Of a stretch of DNA of 64,000 nucleotides, positions 25,980 to 39,744 are shown piece after piece; position 1 is the first letter of the stretch; every line of letters starts with the position of its first letter. The position numbers and the translations under genes were made by a program. The notes under the pieces were generated by a model. That model made no database searches. It was not told the origin of the DNA and worked only from the letters and a program-made list of their open reading frames with translations. This DNA comes from Eledone cirrhosa (lineage: Eukaryota). The stretch spans positions 261,144,001 through 261,208,000 of the forward strand of contig OZ024742.1 of NCBI GenBank assembly GCA_964016885.1. Reading direction: 5' to 3'.

Positions 25980-27730
25980 GGTAACACAACAGTTAGTTCA
26001 CTATACCGAGAACAATTGTTTTACCTAACGGATCTTCAGCTCGTACTGGTCATGGTTACATGTGCAGAAGTGGTCACTTCACCTAAGCGATACAAAGCTA
26101 CGGGCGAAAGGTGTAAGGGAGATAACTGCGAAAGTCCGGAAAAGATGTTCGAGTTAATTAGAAAATTAGGATGTTGTTATTCAATCCGGAGCATTGTAGT
26201 TATGCAAGAGGTGTTCCCAGACATGTGGACGTGAGAAGATGTCATTTCTTGAATTTAGGCAATCGCTATTGCATAATCTCCTTTCTTCTTTTATCCTTTC
26301 TTCAATACACAGTCCACAAGATGGATTGCTCCTTGCGTATGACTTGGACTTAGTGATGGCTTTCCATTGAATGGAGTAGTCTTTACCTGAGTCCTTGAGG
26401 GACCATACGGGGCTCGCAAGTTTCGTGAATGATCGTTTGTCTGGGTACCTAAAGGTTGAAGCGTTTCTTAAATCGGCTCTCCACCATACCCACATAGGAT
26501 TTGACCACCTGTGGTTGATTTGGTTGGAAGTGACCACAGCTTCATAAAAATACAGCGGGTGTGTTGTATTATTGTTGAAGGGGACAAGCTTCAGGCTTTC
26601 GGCAAGAGCATCCTGGTGGTATGCCGGTCTTAGGACTGTTGGTGATATGGGCCTTCATATTCTTAGCACAGGAATACCCTAGTTTTACTCTGTGTCTATC
26701 TTAGAGGGCTAAATATTATTTTCCTACATTAGTTTTAACGTTGAGTGAGAAGGGAGGAGAGAACCAGATAGTTTGTCTATTGTTACGATTTGTTTTCTTA
26801 TTGCTGTTGTTGTTAGTGGGGGAGTAAGTAATTGGTTGCGAGAAGCCGCTGCTAGCTAACGCCGTGTTATAGTAGGGTGCCGCTCTGTCAAAGATAGCCT
26901 TATTAGAGGAGAGGTTAGAGATTCTAGTACTGATATTATTTACAAAGTTTCTAAAAACAGTAGGAGGGTGGCATGAGTCCTTGTGTATGTAATTAAGTGT
27001 TTCGTTTAGCTTATGGAAGGGTCTGAAGGTATGTGTGTGAAGGTCTAAATTAATGTCTAAGAAATCTATGCTAGAGAGGCTGGTAGCTACTGTTATCCTA
27101 CGTCCTAACTCATTAAAGGTAGAAGTTAAGTCTTTTTTAAACCGATCCAGGTCGTGACCACTTTTATGGCTCGATAAGGTCAGGCCATCGTCGCAGTATA
27201 TTCCTGTGTGGAAGTCCAAGAATCTAACACGTAATATGTCTGAAATAAATAGGCCAACCAAGACGCACTGTCAAACGATCCCATGGAGACGTTGAATAGT
27301 TCTGAAGTGGTTGACTTCTTTGCCCAGGCTACTCCGTTGTTGAAGAGGAGGGTTTTTCAGCAGTGTACGATGATCTCCCTGTCTAAAACATGACCGGTAG
27401 TGTAAGTGGTAGCAAAGTCCAACGCTTGGTTTAACAGGGTCTCTGAGATCGACGGGTAAAAATCTACAATGTCGAATTGCGTGAACTTCGCTTTTTTGGA
27501 GAAACCACTTAATGACGGAGTCGCTGTTCTCCCACTGGGGACAGGTTGGACTTGTTCCTAATGGTCTTAACTATGTTTCTAAGTATAGCCTTACTGACTA
27601 GTCCCATTTCTGTGCGGGATTAGAAGCAAAGTCTACCTTGTGATCCTTCAGGGTGAGAAATGCCTCACGCTTAGCTAAGCATTGTAGCTTCTTATCTACC
27701 TTAAAGGTGGCAGCAAGGTCTTTGGCTTCT
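25980..27730 (-). mobile_element. Naiad-type PLE, decayed
   Basis: [66 protein letters not shown]. Confidence 0.88.
26007..26043 (-). ncRNA. Degenerate hammerhead with palindromic stem III (GAAA mutated to AAAA)
   Basis: Reverse complement CGAG-CTGAAGA-TCCGTTAGGT-AAAA-CAATTG-TT-CTCG. Confidence 0.5.
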
Positions 27731-28089
27731 GAATATATATATATATACACACACATTCAATTCCTTATAAAGCCTACGGCCCATAATTTTCTCAATGTTT
27801 CCAGACCATCACAGGTTCATCATAAGAAGAATTGCTACTTCCTTTTTATTACCTCTATGAGAAGGTTCTAATAAAGAAATTGAAGAGAGGTTTCTTCAAA
27901 AATACATGTATTAAAGCAGGGCTGTTCACCATATATACTCTTTCTTCATCCACTTATTCCTGAGAGGGTCGTGGGCACAGCATCCTCAAACATTCCTTCC
28001 AGTGGGTCCTGTCAGAAGCAACCATCTCCAACTGCTGCAAAAACTGGCAATACTAACACCAACAGCTTCAGATATTCTCACAGTAGTTC

Positions 28090-28290
28090 AACAGTCTTGT
28101 ATCACTAACCTTCACACTTTCTTGAGGTTTTCCTCATTTCATGCACTGTTTGGTGCTCTAGATCTTCATTTCCTTCAGAAAATTGTTTAAACCATCTGTA
28201 GAAATTTGCTTTGCTCAACAATTCTATACATGCCTCCCAGAAAGAATTCTTGAAATGTATTATTTGTTGATTTTTCATTTTAATAAGAAC
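28090..28290 (-). mobile_element. mariner transposase N-terminal (HTH) remnant
   Basis: LSKANFYRWFKQFSEGNEDLE resembles the mariner HTH region. Confidence 0.55.
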
Positions 28291-30272
28291 CATTGTTCAT
28301 TAAGTGAATGTGCATGACTTTGTGGTTAGGATGTTGGACTCAAGATTATATGGTTGTTAGTTCATTTCCTTGGTCAAGTGGTGCATTGTGTTCTTGACCA
28401 AGTTGCCTCAGTTCACGTTTTTCATGATAGGACTGGGCCTCCTATCATTAAACCATACAAGAAATTTCCTATGAGATACAACTTCAAAGGAGCCTAGCTA
28501 AACCTGCATAGGTGTGGGCTATAACAACATGATAGGACCAGGGCTCATATCATTAAAACATTCTAGAAACTTCATACAATATGCAATATCACATAAAGCC
28601 AGCTAAACCTACGTGGGTGTTGGCTGTAATAACCACTGTGGTTCAATCAGAGTGTGCAAGATGTCAGTTTTTAATAGTTTGTATCCCTATCCCTGGTACT
28701 ATATCTCTAGCTACTGCAGAAAAATGTGAGAATACTGTATGGAATATAATGACAACGGTGTTACTCTCTTGTGGTGTTGAATCTTCAAGTGGAAACAGGG
28801 AGGAATAAATCTCCATGTGAAGTCAACTGCTAATATCCTAATGATGGATATGTTTCATTGGTGGAAAATCAAATAATTTATTGCCCTTGCATGAGATTTA
28901 ATATATATAAAGTGGACTTCCCAAATTTCTTCTCGACTGTCTAAATTCTTTGGAATTGGTGTGCCCATAAAAAACTTGATTAAGCAATGAAGTAAATGAT
29001 CCCGGTTCACATTTTATGAAACCAACTTTGTCTATTGTTTTATTAACTATTTATCATTTCTTTATACACACACTTATATTTAACATATATATGGTCAAGT
29101 GGTTTATAAATTCACTTTGCAATCATGAGGTCGCAGGCTTGATTACACAGCATGACAGCTTGGGCAAGTTTCATTTACCATAGCTAGCCACAAGCCAACT
29201 CAGTATGTTCTTCAGACATAATGTTTAAAACTGCTATAATTGTAATGTGTTATGTATGCATATATATATATATATATGTTTATATATATATATGTATTAT
29301 GTATGCATGTATATATATATATATATATATATATATCATCATCATCATTGTTTTTACGTCCATTTTTCTACATTGCATGGGTTGGATGGGTCCTTCTCAG
29401 CACAGCATCTCTCCACTCACTGTATTCTTTTGTTGTGTTTCACTACCATGTAACGTCACACTTCACACACAGGCATCATACAGTCGTCCTTTTGTATATA
29501 AGGAGAAACCTTTCTTATCAACAATGGGAGTAGCTCTCTAAACTTTTTCCATCCTATCCTGCCTTGAGACCACTACAGTTCAGATCTAGCTGTTGAAACG
29601 ACCAGAGCTCAGCCGTCGGGGTCCTGACTCCTTTCCTATTACCCACTCTACTACCCTAAGTATCGAGTACTCTGGTGCGTTATGGTATCTTATCACACCT
29701 TCTTTGTTATATATATATGTATTCATATATATATATATGTATGTATGTATTCATACTAGACTAGACTACCTGGGACCTGTTGGATCACCAGTAGTTGAAG
29801 GTACCCCCAAAAAACGTGTATCTCGGGAACCCGTGGTCCGATTTACGCAAACTTGTTTTATTCCTTTTGTATTCATATTTCAATGGTATCTTACTTTCAA
29901 AGTATTTTCCCATTATGCACCGGTTTGACTATATATAAAGGTACCTGAAAAAACCGCGTATCTCGGGAACACGTGGTCTGATTTATGTGAAACTTCTCTT
30001 TTCACTGTATTATTCACAAGTATTTTCACAAAGAAAAATCAAGCTATTTTTCACCAATAGCTATCCAATCACTCCACTTCAAAATTCTTTTTTCTGTATC
30101 TCTATGGATGTTTGACTGTTTGTTCTGAAATATTTTTCTGCTTAAGAAGTTGCAAAATTAATGAAAAACTGGTTCAATTTACAAAAATTTGAAAGAAATT
30201 ATTCTTACTTGTCTTAGTTTTTCTTTTCCTTTCATTTTCTGATGGAATTAATATTTTCTCATATTTATGCTG

Positions 30273-32342
30273 TTACAGTTTGTTCAAAAGAATGCTTTTG
30301 ATGACAACATTCTTAGTTGACTGGGTATCCTTCAGAAATACTGTGACATTTTCTTTTCGTTTTTTGCGGCTAAGGGCCACATACAGTTGACCGTGTTGGA
30401 ATACAGGTCGTTCCAGATAAACCAAGACATTTTTCATTGTTTGTCCTTGTACTTTATGAATAGTCATAGCGAAGCACGATTGAACTGGGAATTGGCTTCG
30501 TTGCAAAGGGATATCCTCACCTTCGGATAGATTAATTCTTATTCTAGGTATCATAACGATCTCATTTCTGAAAGCGGCAGTGTTGATTCTCGCTACTATG
30601 AGATTGTTGTGCAGCTCTTTCATGATCATGTGCGTTCCATTACAAAGCCGTGGTGGATTCAAGTTTCTTGTTAGAATTATCGGCGATTCTTTTTTCAATT
30701 CCAGGATATGTGGTAGCAGTCCTAATAGTTCAACTGAATCAAGGAATTCAGTCAGGAAATGAGTGGCATTGGTACCATCACTCACAGAGTTATAGGATCG
30801 GTACTCTTTTATGGTTCCAGGGAAGTGTCTGATACAGGTGGAATTGATGCTTCTCATCATTTCATTGAGAGGTACTAAGATGCAATTGTTCGAAAACACT
30901 TCAGCTGGATTGTCGAATGAGGGGTAGATGAAGTCAATGCATTCTTCCATAGTTGTTGCTTGGAAAACCATTTCTTTTGGCAAAATAATTTCTCATTTTC
31001 AGTTTTTTTTATTTTATCTTCTCTGATATCCAATAGGAACTGTGAATAGTCTTCTGCTCCCTCACTCAATCGCATGTTTGTTTTCAACTGAAATCTTTTG
31101 AAGCTTCGGCATAAGTGGGATTTGTTAATGCAGGCGTTTTCCACATTCGCATCATTCCCCTTTTTCACTACTGGAAGAAGCTGAGAGAAATCGCCTCAAC
31201 AAATTGTCAAAATTCCACCGAATGCCTCATTGTTGTCGCATATGTCATGCAGAGTGAGGTCAACAGCTTCGAAGCTTTCCTCTCCGAATCATAGGACACT
31301 CGTCCCAAACAATCAGCCTTGTATGCTGGAAGAGGTTTGCCATCTTTGAGTTTTTATCAATGTTGCACAGACCATTTTCTTTCACTGCTATCGGTATTTT
31401 GAACCTAGAATACGCTGTTCTTCCCCCAGGCATCAGTGTTGCAGCAATGCCAGCTGAGACCACAACAATAGCCACATACCGTTTCCCCTGACTTTTGAAA
31501 GGATTAAGTTAATCAGGAATGTCTTTCCTGTTCCACCTGGAGCATCAATGAAAATCAATGCAGAAGTCGTACACATGTTTTTGTTCACTATTCAATAGAG
31601 GCTCGCTATCTTCTACAAATCACCGCTGCTCTTCTCTGTTGTATTGCAATTCATGCAATAACTCCAAATTACCAATATCCTGATTAGCGACAATATTATT
31701 TGGCATTAGCAAGTTAAAGTCACTAAGACTTTTGCCAAGGTCATTAAGTTTGTCTTCAAAATACAAAAGACATTGATCATAATGTCTCTCGCTAATCAAA
31801 AGGTTAGAGTTTCTGGTAGCCCTTTCTTCTATTTGAAGGTAATCCTCAGACAGCAAATTCTTAAATCGAGCCCATAAAGCACTGGAATTGTTAATTTCCG
31901 TATTTGTAAGGAGCACGATGAATAGATCTCTCATGGCTTTGGGAAGCTGTGTTCGCTCAGTATCTTCCAGAGTCTGCTGCCAATGATCATCCAATTGAAG
32001 CAAACCTTTCTCTCTGCAGACGTCTTTGAATAATAGCAGGAGTTCTCCATCACACATTTTCAAAGAGTTGAAGGATATTGGCCCTTTGACGTGATGCAGA
32101 AGAAGTCTTGAATAATACAGGTCACCACTTTGTGGAGAAACAGTGTATACTCGTCCCAAAACGTTCGCCTCAAAAATCCCTGAATACTGCTCAACTGTTT
32201 TCCTCACTTTCCTCCTTTCCCATCTCTTATTACTCCAAGTGTAAAACCTTGGCACATCAGCATAATACAATGTTTTTGCAAATGGATCACGAGTGCAAAG
32301 ATCCATGAACTCAGTCCGTGTTGTCTTAGCCATGTTATTCAT
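30273..32342 (-). pseudogene. Helitron RepHel central region + PIF1 helicase, frameshifted
   Basis: KTLYYADVPRFYTW, LGRVYTVSP, YSRLLLHHVKGPISF; IDAPGGTGKTFLIN, IVWDEC, GDFSQLLPV, RLCNGT, QFPVQSCFAMTIHKVQGQT, FQHGQLYVALSR. Confidence 0.92.
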
Positions 32343-33358
32343 GATCTCACCTGCTTCTGTCTCTTTCCTTCTGTTCCTCCAGACGCTCAGCTCTCCGAGT
32401 ATCTGATTCATGATCTCTCCTGCTTCTGTCTCTTTCCCGCTGTTCCACCAGACGCTCAGCTCTCCGAGTATCTGATTCATGATCTCACCTGCTTCTCTCT
32501 CTTTCCTTCTGTTCCTCCAGACGCTCAGCTCTCCGAGTATCTGATTCATGATCTCACCTGCTTCTCTCTCTTTCCTTCTGTTCCTCCAGACGCTCAGCTC
32601 TCCGAGTATCTGATTCATGATCTCTCCTGCTTCTGTCTCTTTCCTTCTGTTCCTCCAGACGCTCAGCTCTCCGAGTATCTGATTCATGATCTCACCTGCT
32701 TCTCTCTCTTTCCTTCTGTTCCTCCAGACGGTCAGCTCTCCGAGTATCTGATTCATGATCTCACCTGCTTCTCTCTCTTTCCTTCTGTTCCTCCAGACGC
32801 TCAGCTCTCCGAGTATCTGATTCATGATCTCTCCTGCTTCTGTCTCTTTCCTTCTGTTCCTCCAGACGCTCAGCTCTCCGAGTATCTGATTCATGATCTC
32901 ACCTGCTTCTCTCTCTTTCCTTCTGTTCCTCCAGACGCTCAGCTCTCCGAGTATCTGATTCATGATCTCACCTGCTTCTCTCTCTTTCCTTCTGTTCCTC
33001 CAGACGCTCAGCTCTCCGAGTATCTGATTCATGATCTCTCCTGCTTCTGTCTCTTTCCTTCTGTTCCTCCAGACGCTCAGCTCTCCGAGTATCTGATTCA
33101 TGATCTCTCCTGCTTCTGTCTCTTTCCTTCTGTTCCTCCAGACGCTCAGCTCTCCGAGTATCTGATTCATGATCTCACCTGCTTCTCTCTCTTTCCTTCT
33201 GTTCCTCCAGACGCTCAGCTCTCCGAGTATCTGATTCATGATCTCTCCTGCTTCTGTCTCTTTCCTTCTGTTCCTCCAGACGCTCAGCTCTCCGAGTATC
33301 TGATTCATGATCTCTCCTGCTTCTGTCTCTTTCCCGCTGTTCCACCAGACGCTTAGCT
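32337..33358 (-). repeat. 69-bp tandem array, 14 full copies plus one partial
   Basis: Unit starts (ATGATCTC) recur every 69 bp from 32341 to 33307. Confidence 0.97.
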
Positions 33359-34929
33359 TTCCATCTAACCCATGCTAATGTAGAAAATAGATGTTAAACG
33401 ATTTTTTGTTATGATACCATTAAGAAAGAAGAACTTTTTCCACTTTGAAGTACGTATTTTTCCTAAATATTGTGCTTTGTGTAGGTACAAAATACTGTGT
33501 TTTTCAAATGATATATAGCTCTTTCTCTCTATATATACGTGAAAAAATTGACGTTAAATGATGATATATATATACCACAAGTGCATGAATGTTTAAATAG
33601 AGAGTAATTTTCAGTGGGGTGTTTTCTTAAAGTGCCTTACCTACACTATTTTAATCTTATTTTCCTACAGATATTGGCATATAGATGTTCAAGCTAAATA
33701 TTGAACATTGCTGCATCAATGTAACCATTTTGGGAGGGCCTGCAAAGGTTATGGGCAGTGTCCCTCTTTCTCTGATTGATTAATTTATAAAAAGGAAAGC
33801 ATTTCTTTTTCCCATATTCTACAAATATAGAGTGTTGACAATTAAAATATAAGGATAGCTATTTTGTAAAACATTATATGTTAATCTCAAACTCCAGATA
33901 AATGATGCAAATGTTAGTTATTTCACTAAATCTCTTCAAATTCTTGACTACTTTAAAAATTGATTGAAAATCATAGGCAGTGTCTTTTATTTGAAATATA
34001 ATAACAAACAGGTTAAGTACACTATTTCAAAGGGTAATTTTTTACAGACAGATTTGCTGCTACTGACTTTCCATCTAAATAGATTGAAAGAAGCAGAGTT
34101 AAAGTACCTTATATAATAGCTGAAGTTTGAGATGGTTAACTGCATTGTCTTGAAGTTCAACTACTATGGCTTTGTGACAAATCTGTATTGTCCAATAGGT
34201 ATTTTAGCCATGACTGTCTCATATTCTTTTCTGGCTTATTATATTCAGAACTGAGTTCTGTAATATATTCATTCATATTTAAGATCAAAGAGTGAAATTT
34301 GAGGAGTATTTGGCTGCTATTTCTAATATTATCAGGCAATTGTCTTAAGAAAAATTTGAAAATGCCATGTAAAATATAAACAACATAGAAAGCCATATGG
34401 TGGTTCTATAATACAGAGTATATATTTTTCATTTCGCCTTCTATTTTTATACAATTTGTATGTTTTATAGAGTACATATTAGATTTATTTATTAAACTTC
34501 TTATATAAATAATCTGTGTATGCATTTATCTATAAATATATATATATTTGGCATGTGTGGTTATATATGTACACCCTTGTACTTCATATGTAATAAACAT
34601 TTTTCTATTACCTGACTTACACATTTCTTTCTTTTTTGTTATAGGCTAAGATCTAAGCAGATGCATGTTATGTGTGTGTGTTATACATTATATATACTGG
34701 GTAATTGCTGGCCTTGTGCCAAAAGTAGAAACAATTATATATATTATACACATACACCAACTGAGTTTCACTTCAGTTTTTTTATGAGGTAACTAATCCA
34801 TTCCTCCATTAATTTAGTAACCAGGTAGTTATTTATTTGTCAAAGCTCTTTTGTCACACAATCTCTGACCTTCTCGATTATTTTTGCTCCTCTGTGTCTC
34901 CTCTTTATTTTGATAGTTTAATCTACTCC

Positions 34930-35190
34930 ATCAAAATGATGCAGAGACACTGAGGAGCAAGTAGAGTCACAGGTGAGACAAAACAGCTTTGATAATTAAA
35001 TAACCATCTGGTTACTAAACTAACCAAGGAATGGATTAGTTACCTGACTAATAATAAAACTCAAAGTAAAATTCAATTTGTATGTGTTTTTATTGGTATC
35101 ATGATCCCCCCAAAGTATAATAATATCTGTTTCAACACACAATTTCACATCAAGAAGCTGGCAAAACAAATACAGATATATACGTATATA
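34930..35190 (+). mobile_element. Old PLE pLTR remnant
   Basis: ATGATCCCCCCAAAGTATAATAATATCTGTTTCAACACACAATTTC matches the termini at about 3293-3316 and 17383-17465. Confidence 0.6.
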
Positions 35191-35398
35191 TATGTTGTTC
35201 ATTTTCTTAAATTTATCTACTAATGTGATGGATGTTATCTCTTCTCCCATCTATTGCAATGGCTTACATTTTTTAACATCTTTCTTCTTTTTGCTTTTTT
35301 CTTCCTTTTTTTTTCTTTGTTTCATTCATGTCTCTCGTGTTGTGAGGCACCACACTTTTCCCCTGATGTCACACAAAATTATGTGTTTTATAGATTAA

Positions 35399-36452
35399 CT
35401 AGCTGGCCCGTCAAGGTTTACTGGCATTTTATCTTTTCAGGAATCCACCCTACACTCTAGTGCAAAGATACCGCACGCCCTCTCAAGTCATCGAGGGGGG
35501 GAGGGGTAACGTGCTCTGATGTTGGGTTTGAATAGGTTTTAGGATTCCCCAGTTCAGCAGCCAGTACGTTAAAGAAAATTGATAGTTACAACAATAAAGG
35601 CTGAAAGAGAACAAATTTTTTAACAAACAATAATTTATACAACCACAATGGAAATTCCAAGTAACAGAAAATATTTAAATTACATTGTTAGAGCCTCAGA
35701 GTATACAATATTTTTTGTTCGGCCCTCCGGAGCAAAGTTGAAGAGATTGGGCGAGATCGCAGTTGTGCAGCATAATAGCAAAAAGTTTTCGCAGCTGAGA
35801 AGGGACTTTAGCAGTTGCTGCTTCTTGCAGGGTGAGGTGCCAATGGCTGTTATTGTGTAACATACCACTCATCTGGCAAGCCAAACGGTAAGTGGAACAT
35901 TGATAGCCATTGATGGTTCTCAGATCTTGGAAACACTGTGGTCCACTAACCTTGAACAGTAACAATGACGATAAGCCGTCTGTGCTTTCGTGAAATAAAT
36001 AGGTTTTTGTTTTTGTGTATGCAAAAATATCTGTATACGAATATATTAAAATAACAGATTAAAGTTTAAGTAAAGAATCGCTGCTTTCACCCTTAACGGG
36101 ATCTTCTGAAAATAAAAAAATCAGTCTGTGAACGCAGAAGTAAATATTTCGAAAAACGTTATCTAATGCAGACAGCCAGAAATACAGACTAAGAAAAAGA
36201 GGGGAATGTTGTGCAACGTCATAAGAAAAGGTGAGGAATGTTGTATAACCGGAAGTATTGACATTTGAAATTTTAAAGAAGTGAATATTTAAATAATGTC
36301 TTTAATCTTTTAACAAAATTCAGTAGACAAAAATACCCTCACTTTTTTACTTGGAAAAAGTTACATCTATGGTGCAAATCTGATGCTGTTTGATCCAGCC
36401 GTTTGGCGGAAAGTTTGTTACCTACATACGGCCATCAGCTTTATAGTATAGA
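35399..36452 (-). mobile_element. Non-autonomous Helitron carrying a RepHel fragment
   Basis: 5' A|TCTATACTATAAAG at 36452; 3' GC-rich hairpin + CTAG|T at 35399; internal 35696-35965 reads VSGPQCFQDLRTING..TYRLACQ..LRKLFAIML. Confidence 0.8.
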
Positions 36453-37095
36453 TTGCTATAAATTAATGTTTTGTCTCTTGTCTCTTACTCCACTGGACAG
36501 CATCTGGCTTATGTGAGATGTTGTGACCCCGGATGGACCAGCAGTACCGTTGGTAGGGGTTGAAACTGCCCAAGTCCATCTCAATGGCCAATGACCATGG
36601 AGTTCTGTGTCCTTCGTTTGTATTTTCATCTTTTTTAAATAATTTTTAGATTTCCCCTTAATACATATATAAAGAAAATGTTGGTATATAAAATATCTAT
36701 CAACCTGTTGACCAATAACTCCTAAATGTAAAGGCACTAAAATTTCCAAAACAGAAGGAACTTACAAGATATTGTTATTGGTACAACAATTTAGATATCT
36801 TGTAAAAAAAGAAAAACATATAGAACACACACATATATATATTACAATGAGTTTTTGCTCAACAACAGAAACTGGTAACTCACCATCTATATATAGAGAG
36901 AAAGAGAGATAATTTATATATCTACTAGCATGGAAGATGGATGTTAAATGATGATGATATGAAGGACATGCACTTTAGGTGGGCAGTGCATACCATGTCC
37001 AAAAAATAGCTTATAAATTATTAAATCGAAAAAAATAAATGATTTTCAAATCATTATAATAGTGCTAATTTGAAGGCCTGAAATTCCTATTTTCA

Positions 37096-37775
37096 TTGCA
37101 TAGTGCACCATGCTACCTTCAAACAGGACATCTTGAGGAACTGAACACCACCATTTTTTCTGATGAGAAATTTGCCTATAATGTCAATTTTGACAACACT
37201 GACTGGCAGCAAGCAAAACTTCATTTAATGTCAGCTGCCTTGATGCCTACTCAACAACCAACTTGGTATTCGTCGCACTCCTATTTTTCTTCCTCCACCC
37301 CATCATTCCTTTATAACCCCCAGCCCATCTTTCCTCCATCTATGCATTTGTCCATGAGATTCTTCAGAGTTAACACAGGAAGTAGGCTGTCTGGGTTTGT
37401 TATAGCCTCACTTTTTATCAGTACACAGCTTATGAATGCGACTGGGGAAATACGAAATGCAGTTCTATTTGCACAAAGATTGAGTATTACTTTGACCAAC
37501 ATCATCTTGCTTACTTTGAACTGCCTAACAGCAAACTGTGGAACCTGGCTGAGTGCAATACCCTTTCTCAAATCTACTCTTCTTAAAGATGAGTATACAC
37601 ACACTAGAATTGCCCTGCACCTTGGTTTTCATGAGTGATGCACATAAATGTCACTGTGAATCTACTATTGACAAGTTTGGACAGCAGCCTCTCTTGCCAC
37701 ACTCCACTGAACAATATCATTAAAAGGAGTCTTGATGTCAGTTTCATTTCACAACTAGTGCCTATTGGTCCTAAC
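37096..37775 (+). mobile_element. CRE-like (restriction-like endonuclease) non-LTR element fragment, decayed
   Basis: DWQQAKL, GTWLSAIP..RIALHLG, HKCHCESTIDKFG..LNNIIKRSL. Confidence 0.6.
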
Positions 37776-38411
37776 TACTGTTGGTAGGCATTTTATTCCT
37801 TTTGTACATAATAATCATTATATAATTGGAATGAACGTAGTTTAATATAATTTAATACAAAAATGGTATATTATACAATGAAATATTTGGTTGCATTTTA
37901 TTTTGGTGGAGTGATAACATATTAAGATGAAAATCTGGAGTTGCTGTAAGGTTTATTCAAGATTTTCCAGACGTTTTGGTATTGCTTGAATCAAAACTTG
38001 TCTCAGATGATGCTATGAAGGAAATCAATGAAAAAAGCAATTTCAAGCTCTTTTTGATAAAATTTATGCTAATTTTTATCAGCCTAGTAAAAGTCAACTG
38101 CAGCTTTAAAAAAATTCTGCAGAACTATATTATATATAAAAATATATTGAAATAGTGAAAGTAGGTCATAACTCTCACTTCAAAAGACCAAAACCATTCC
38201 AAAGATCATTTGAAATCAAGTCAAATGAACATCTGATGAGCAGTATTAGATAAAGCAGAAACATCTTAGAATGGAAAAAGTGCTGTGACTTGCCTTACAT
38301 AGAAACTACACATCATCTACCACCTTATATAAAAAAGGAGAACTCATTTCAAACTTCCAACATATGCCTGATGAATAACAAATGGCAGCCAGCTATCTAC
38401 ACTATCTAGAG

Positions 38412-38705
38412 CTGGGGTGCCTAAACCTTTTACACCATTAATTCCTTTATGAAATCCTTGACCCCCTCATCAAAACCCTTGGTATGTACAAAAGTAAATA
38501 ACTCAGTAAACGGAATATAAAATAGACAATAAAGAATAATTATATATAAATCAGCTACATAAGCAAGTTGTATTTTATTGTATTATTTTATGTATATTCA
38601 TTTTGATACAAATGTCAGGTTATAGCCCAAAAGTTCAATTGACCCCCTAAATAGTCCCAATGACCCTTGGAGCTGATTAATGCCCACTGCATTGAAGACC
38701 CCTGG
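38412..38705. mobile_element. Possible hAT-type MITE
   Basis: Imperfect TIRs CTGGGGTGCCTAAAC / ATTGAAGACCCCTG; flanks ATCTAGAG and GTCCAGAA resemble an 8-bp TSD. Confidence 0.35.
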
Positions 38706-39744
38706 TCCAGAATCATTCGTATCTTTTCCAGTTTGATGATGTGTATGGTCGATTGAATGATACTGCTGTTCAGTTATGAAACTGTTTATCTCACATAAAA
38801 TAAAACACCCACATATACCAAAATGATCAAAGTAATATTAAAAAATGAGCTAATATTTCCAGGTTCATAAGATACATTTTTGTTGAAAAAATTTCTCAAA
38901 ATGACCGTGTGTCACTAAAAGGTCAGGTTGTAGAGTGGAGTTGAAAGCTGAAGTTAGCGCTCACTAGAACCCTATTTATGTAATATAGGCCTACAGTTAC
39001 AATTGATATGTAAACTATACTTAATGCAGTTATTATCATTTTCTATTGGCTTTGTAATGTATCGACGATAACTAGCAAGAAGTGTACTATCATCAGTAAC
39101 AGAATGAGGTAATCCTAATCCTAATGTGAAGGGCTGGGATCTGGATATTTATTGCTCAAGACCAGTTTTACAATGTGTGAGCCTTTCTCTCAAATAAAAT
39201 TATTCAAACTCGCAGTTTGGCAAGCTAACATTTTAACACTTCCTGCTCTGATCAAACTAAGAAAATTACTAAGCATGCATTTTCCACTACACAGTTCATA
39301 CTTACCTATGCAACATGATGTGACAGGTCATAAAACCATATGACTCTCTCCATTGCTTTGAATATTTCCACAATGTGCTATGCAGCAAAGATGTTTAATG
39401 ATTTATTTATTGATTGCAGGAAATTATTATATATTTAATTTAATTTTATAAATTCATATGAAAATGTGATCCTTTAAAATCCAGTCGTGTGCCTCTTTGA
39501 GATTTGCATCCTTGGTGGCTCTCTGGTTGGTCTTAATGGTAGTGCCAGTCCTACTAGCTTGTACATATGCAATAAATCTGGTGAATTAGTTGAGACATTT
39601 TCTTTTCACGGGAAATCTATTGTCAATGGTACTGCAGCATTCTCTGTTGTAGTGTGTCATTCAGCATTGTCAACTAACTTGAATGAAAATGACTTTTCAA
39701 TCTCTACAAGACAAGAATATATATACCTCTTGGCAATACTCCCA

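Larger units (their letters stand above)
29756..33358 (-). mobile_element. Helitron, internally deleted and decayed
   Basis: RepHel fragments; 3' end CTAG|T at 29759-29756; two subterminal direct repeats of about 55 bp at about 29800 and 29940. Confidence 0.85.

Noticed and set aside
31620-33308. 562-aa ORF as a functional host gene
   Set aside because: It is a tandem repeat fused to a truncated Helitron RepHel segment, and the downstream helicase is frameshifted; kept only as a finding
32337-33358. CRISPR-like regular array
   Set aside because: Contiguous 69-bp units with no unique spacers, no cas genes, eukaryotic context
34157-34396. 79-aa minus-strand ORF as a host exon
   Set aside because: Overlaps a dispersed repeat (AGAAATAGCAGCCAAA.. 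also near 45655 and 48310); no recognisable protein
36456-36800. Possible minus-strand exons with GTAAGA/GTAAGT donors
   Set aside because: No convincing acceptor or phase continuity with the candidate divergent gene
39305-39380. Possible minus-strand exon ending at a GTAAGT donor
   Set aside because: Its only open phase does not match the preceding candidate exon; unsupported without transcripts
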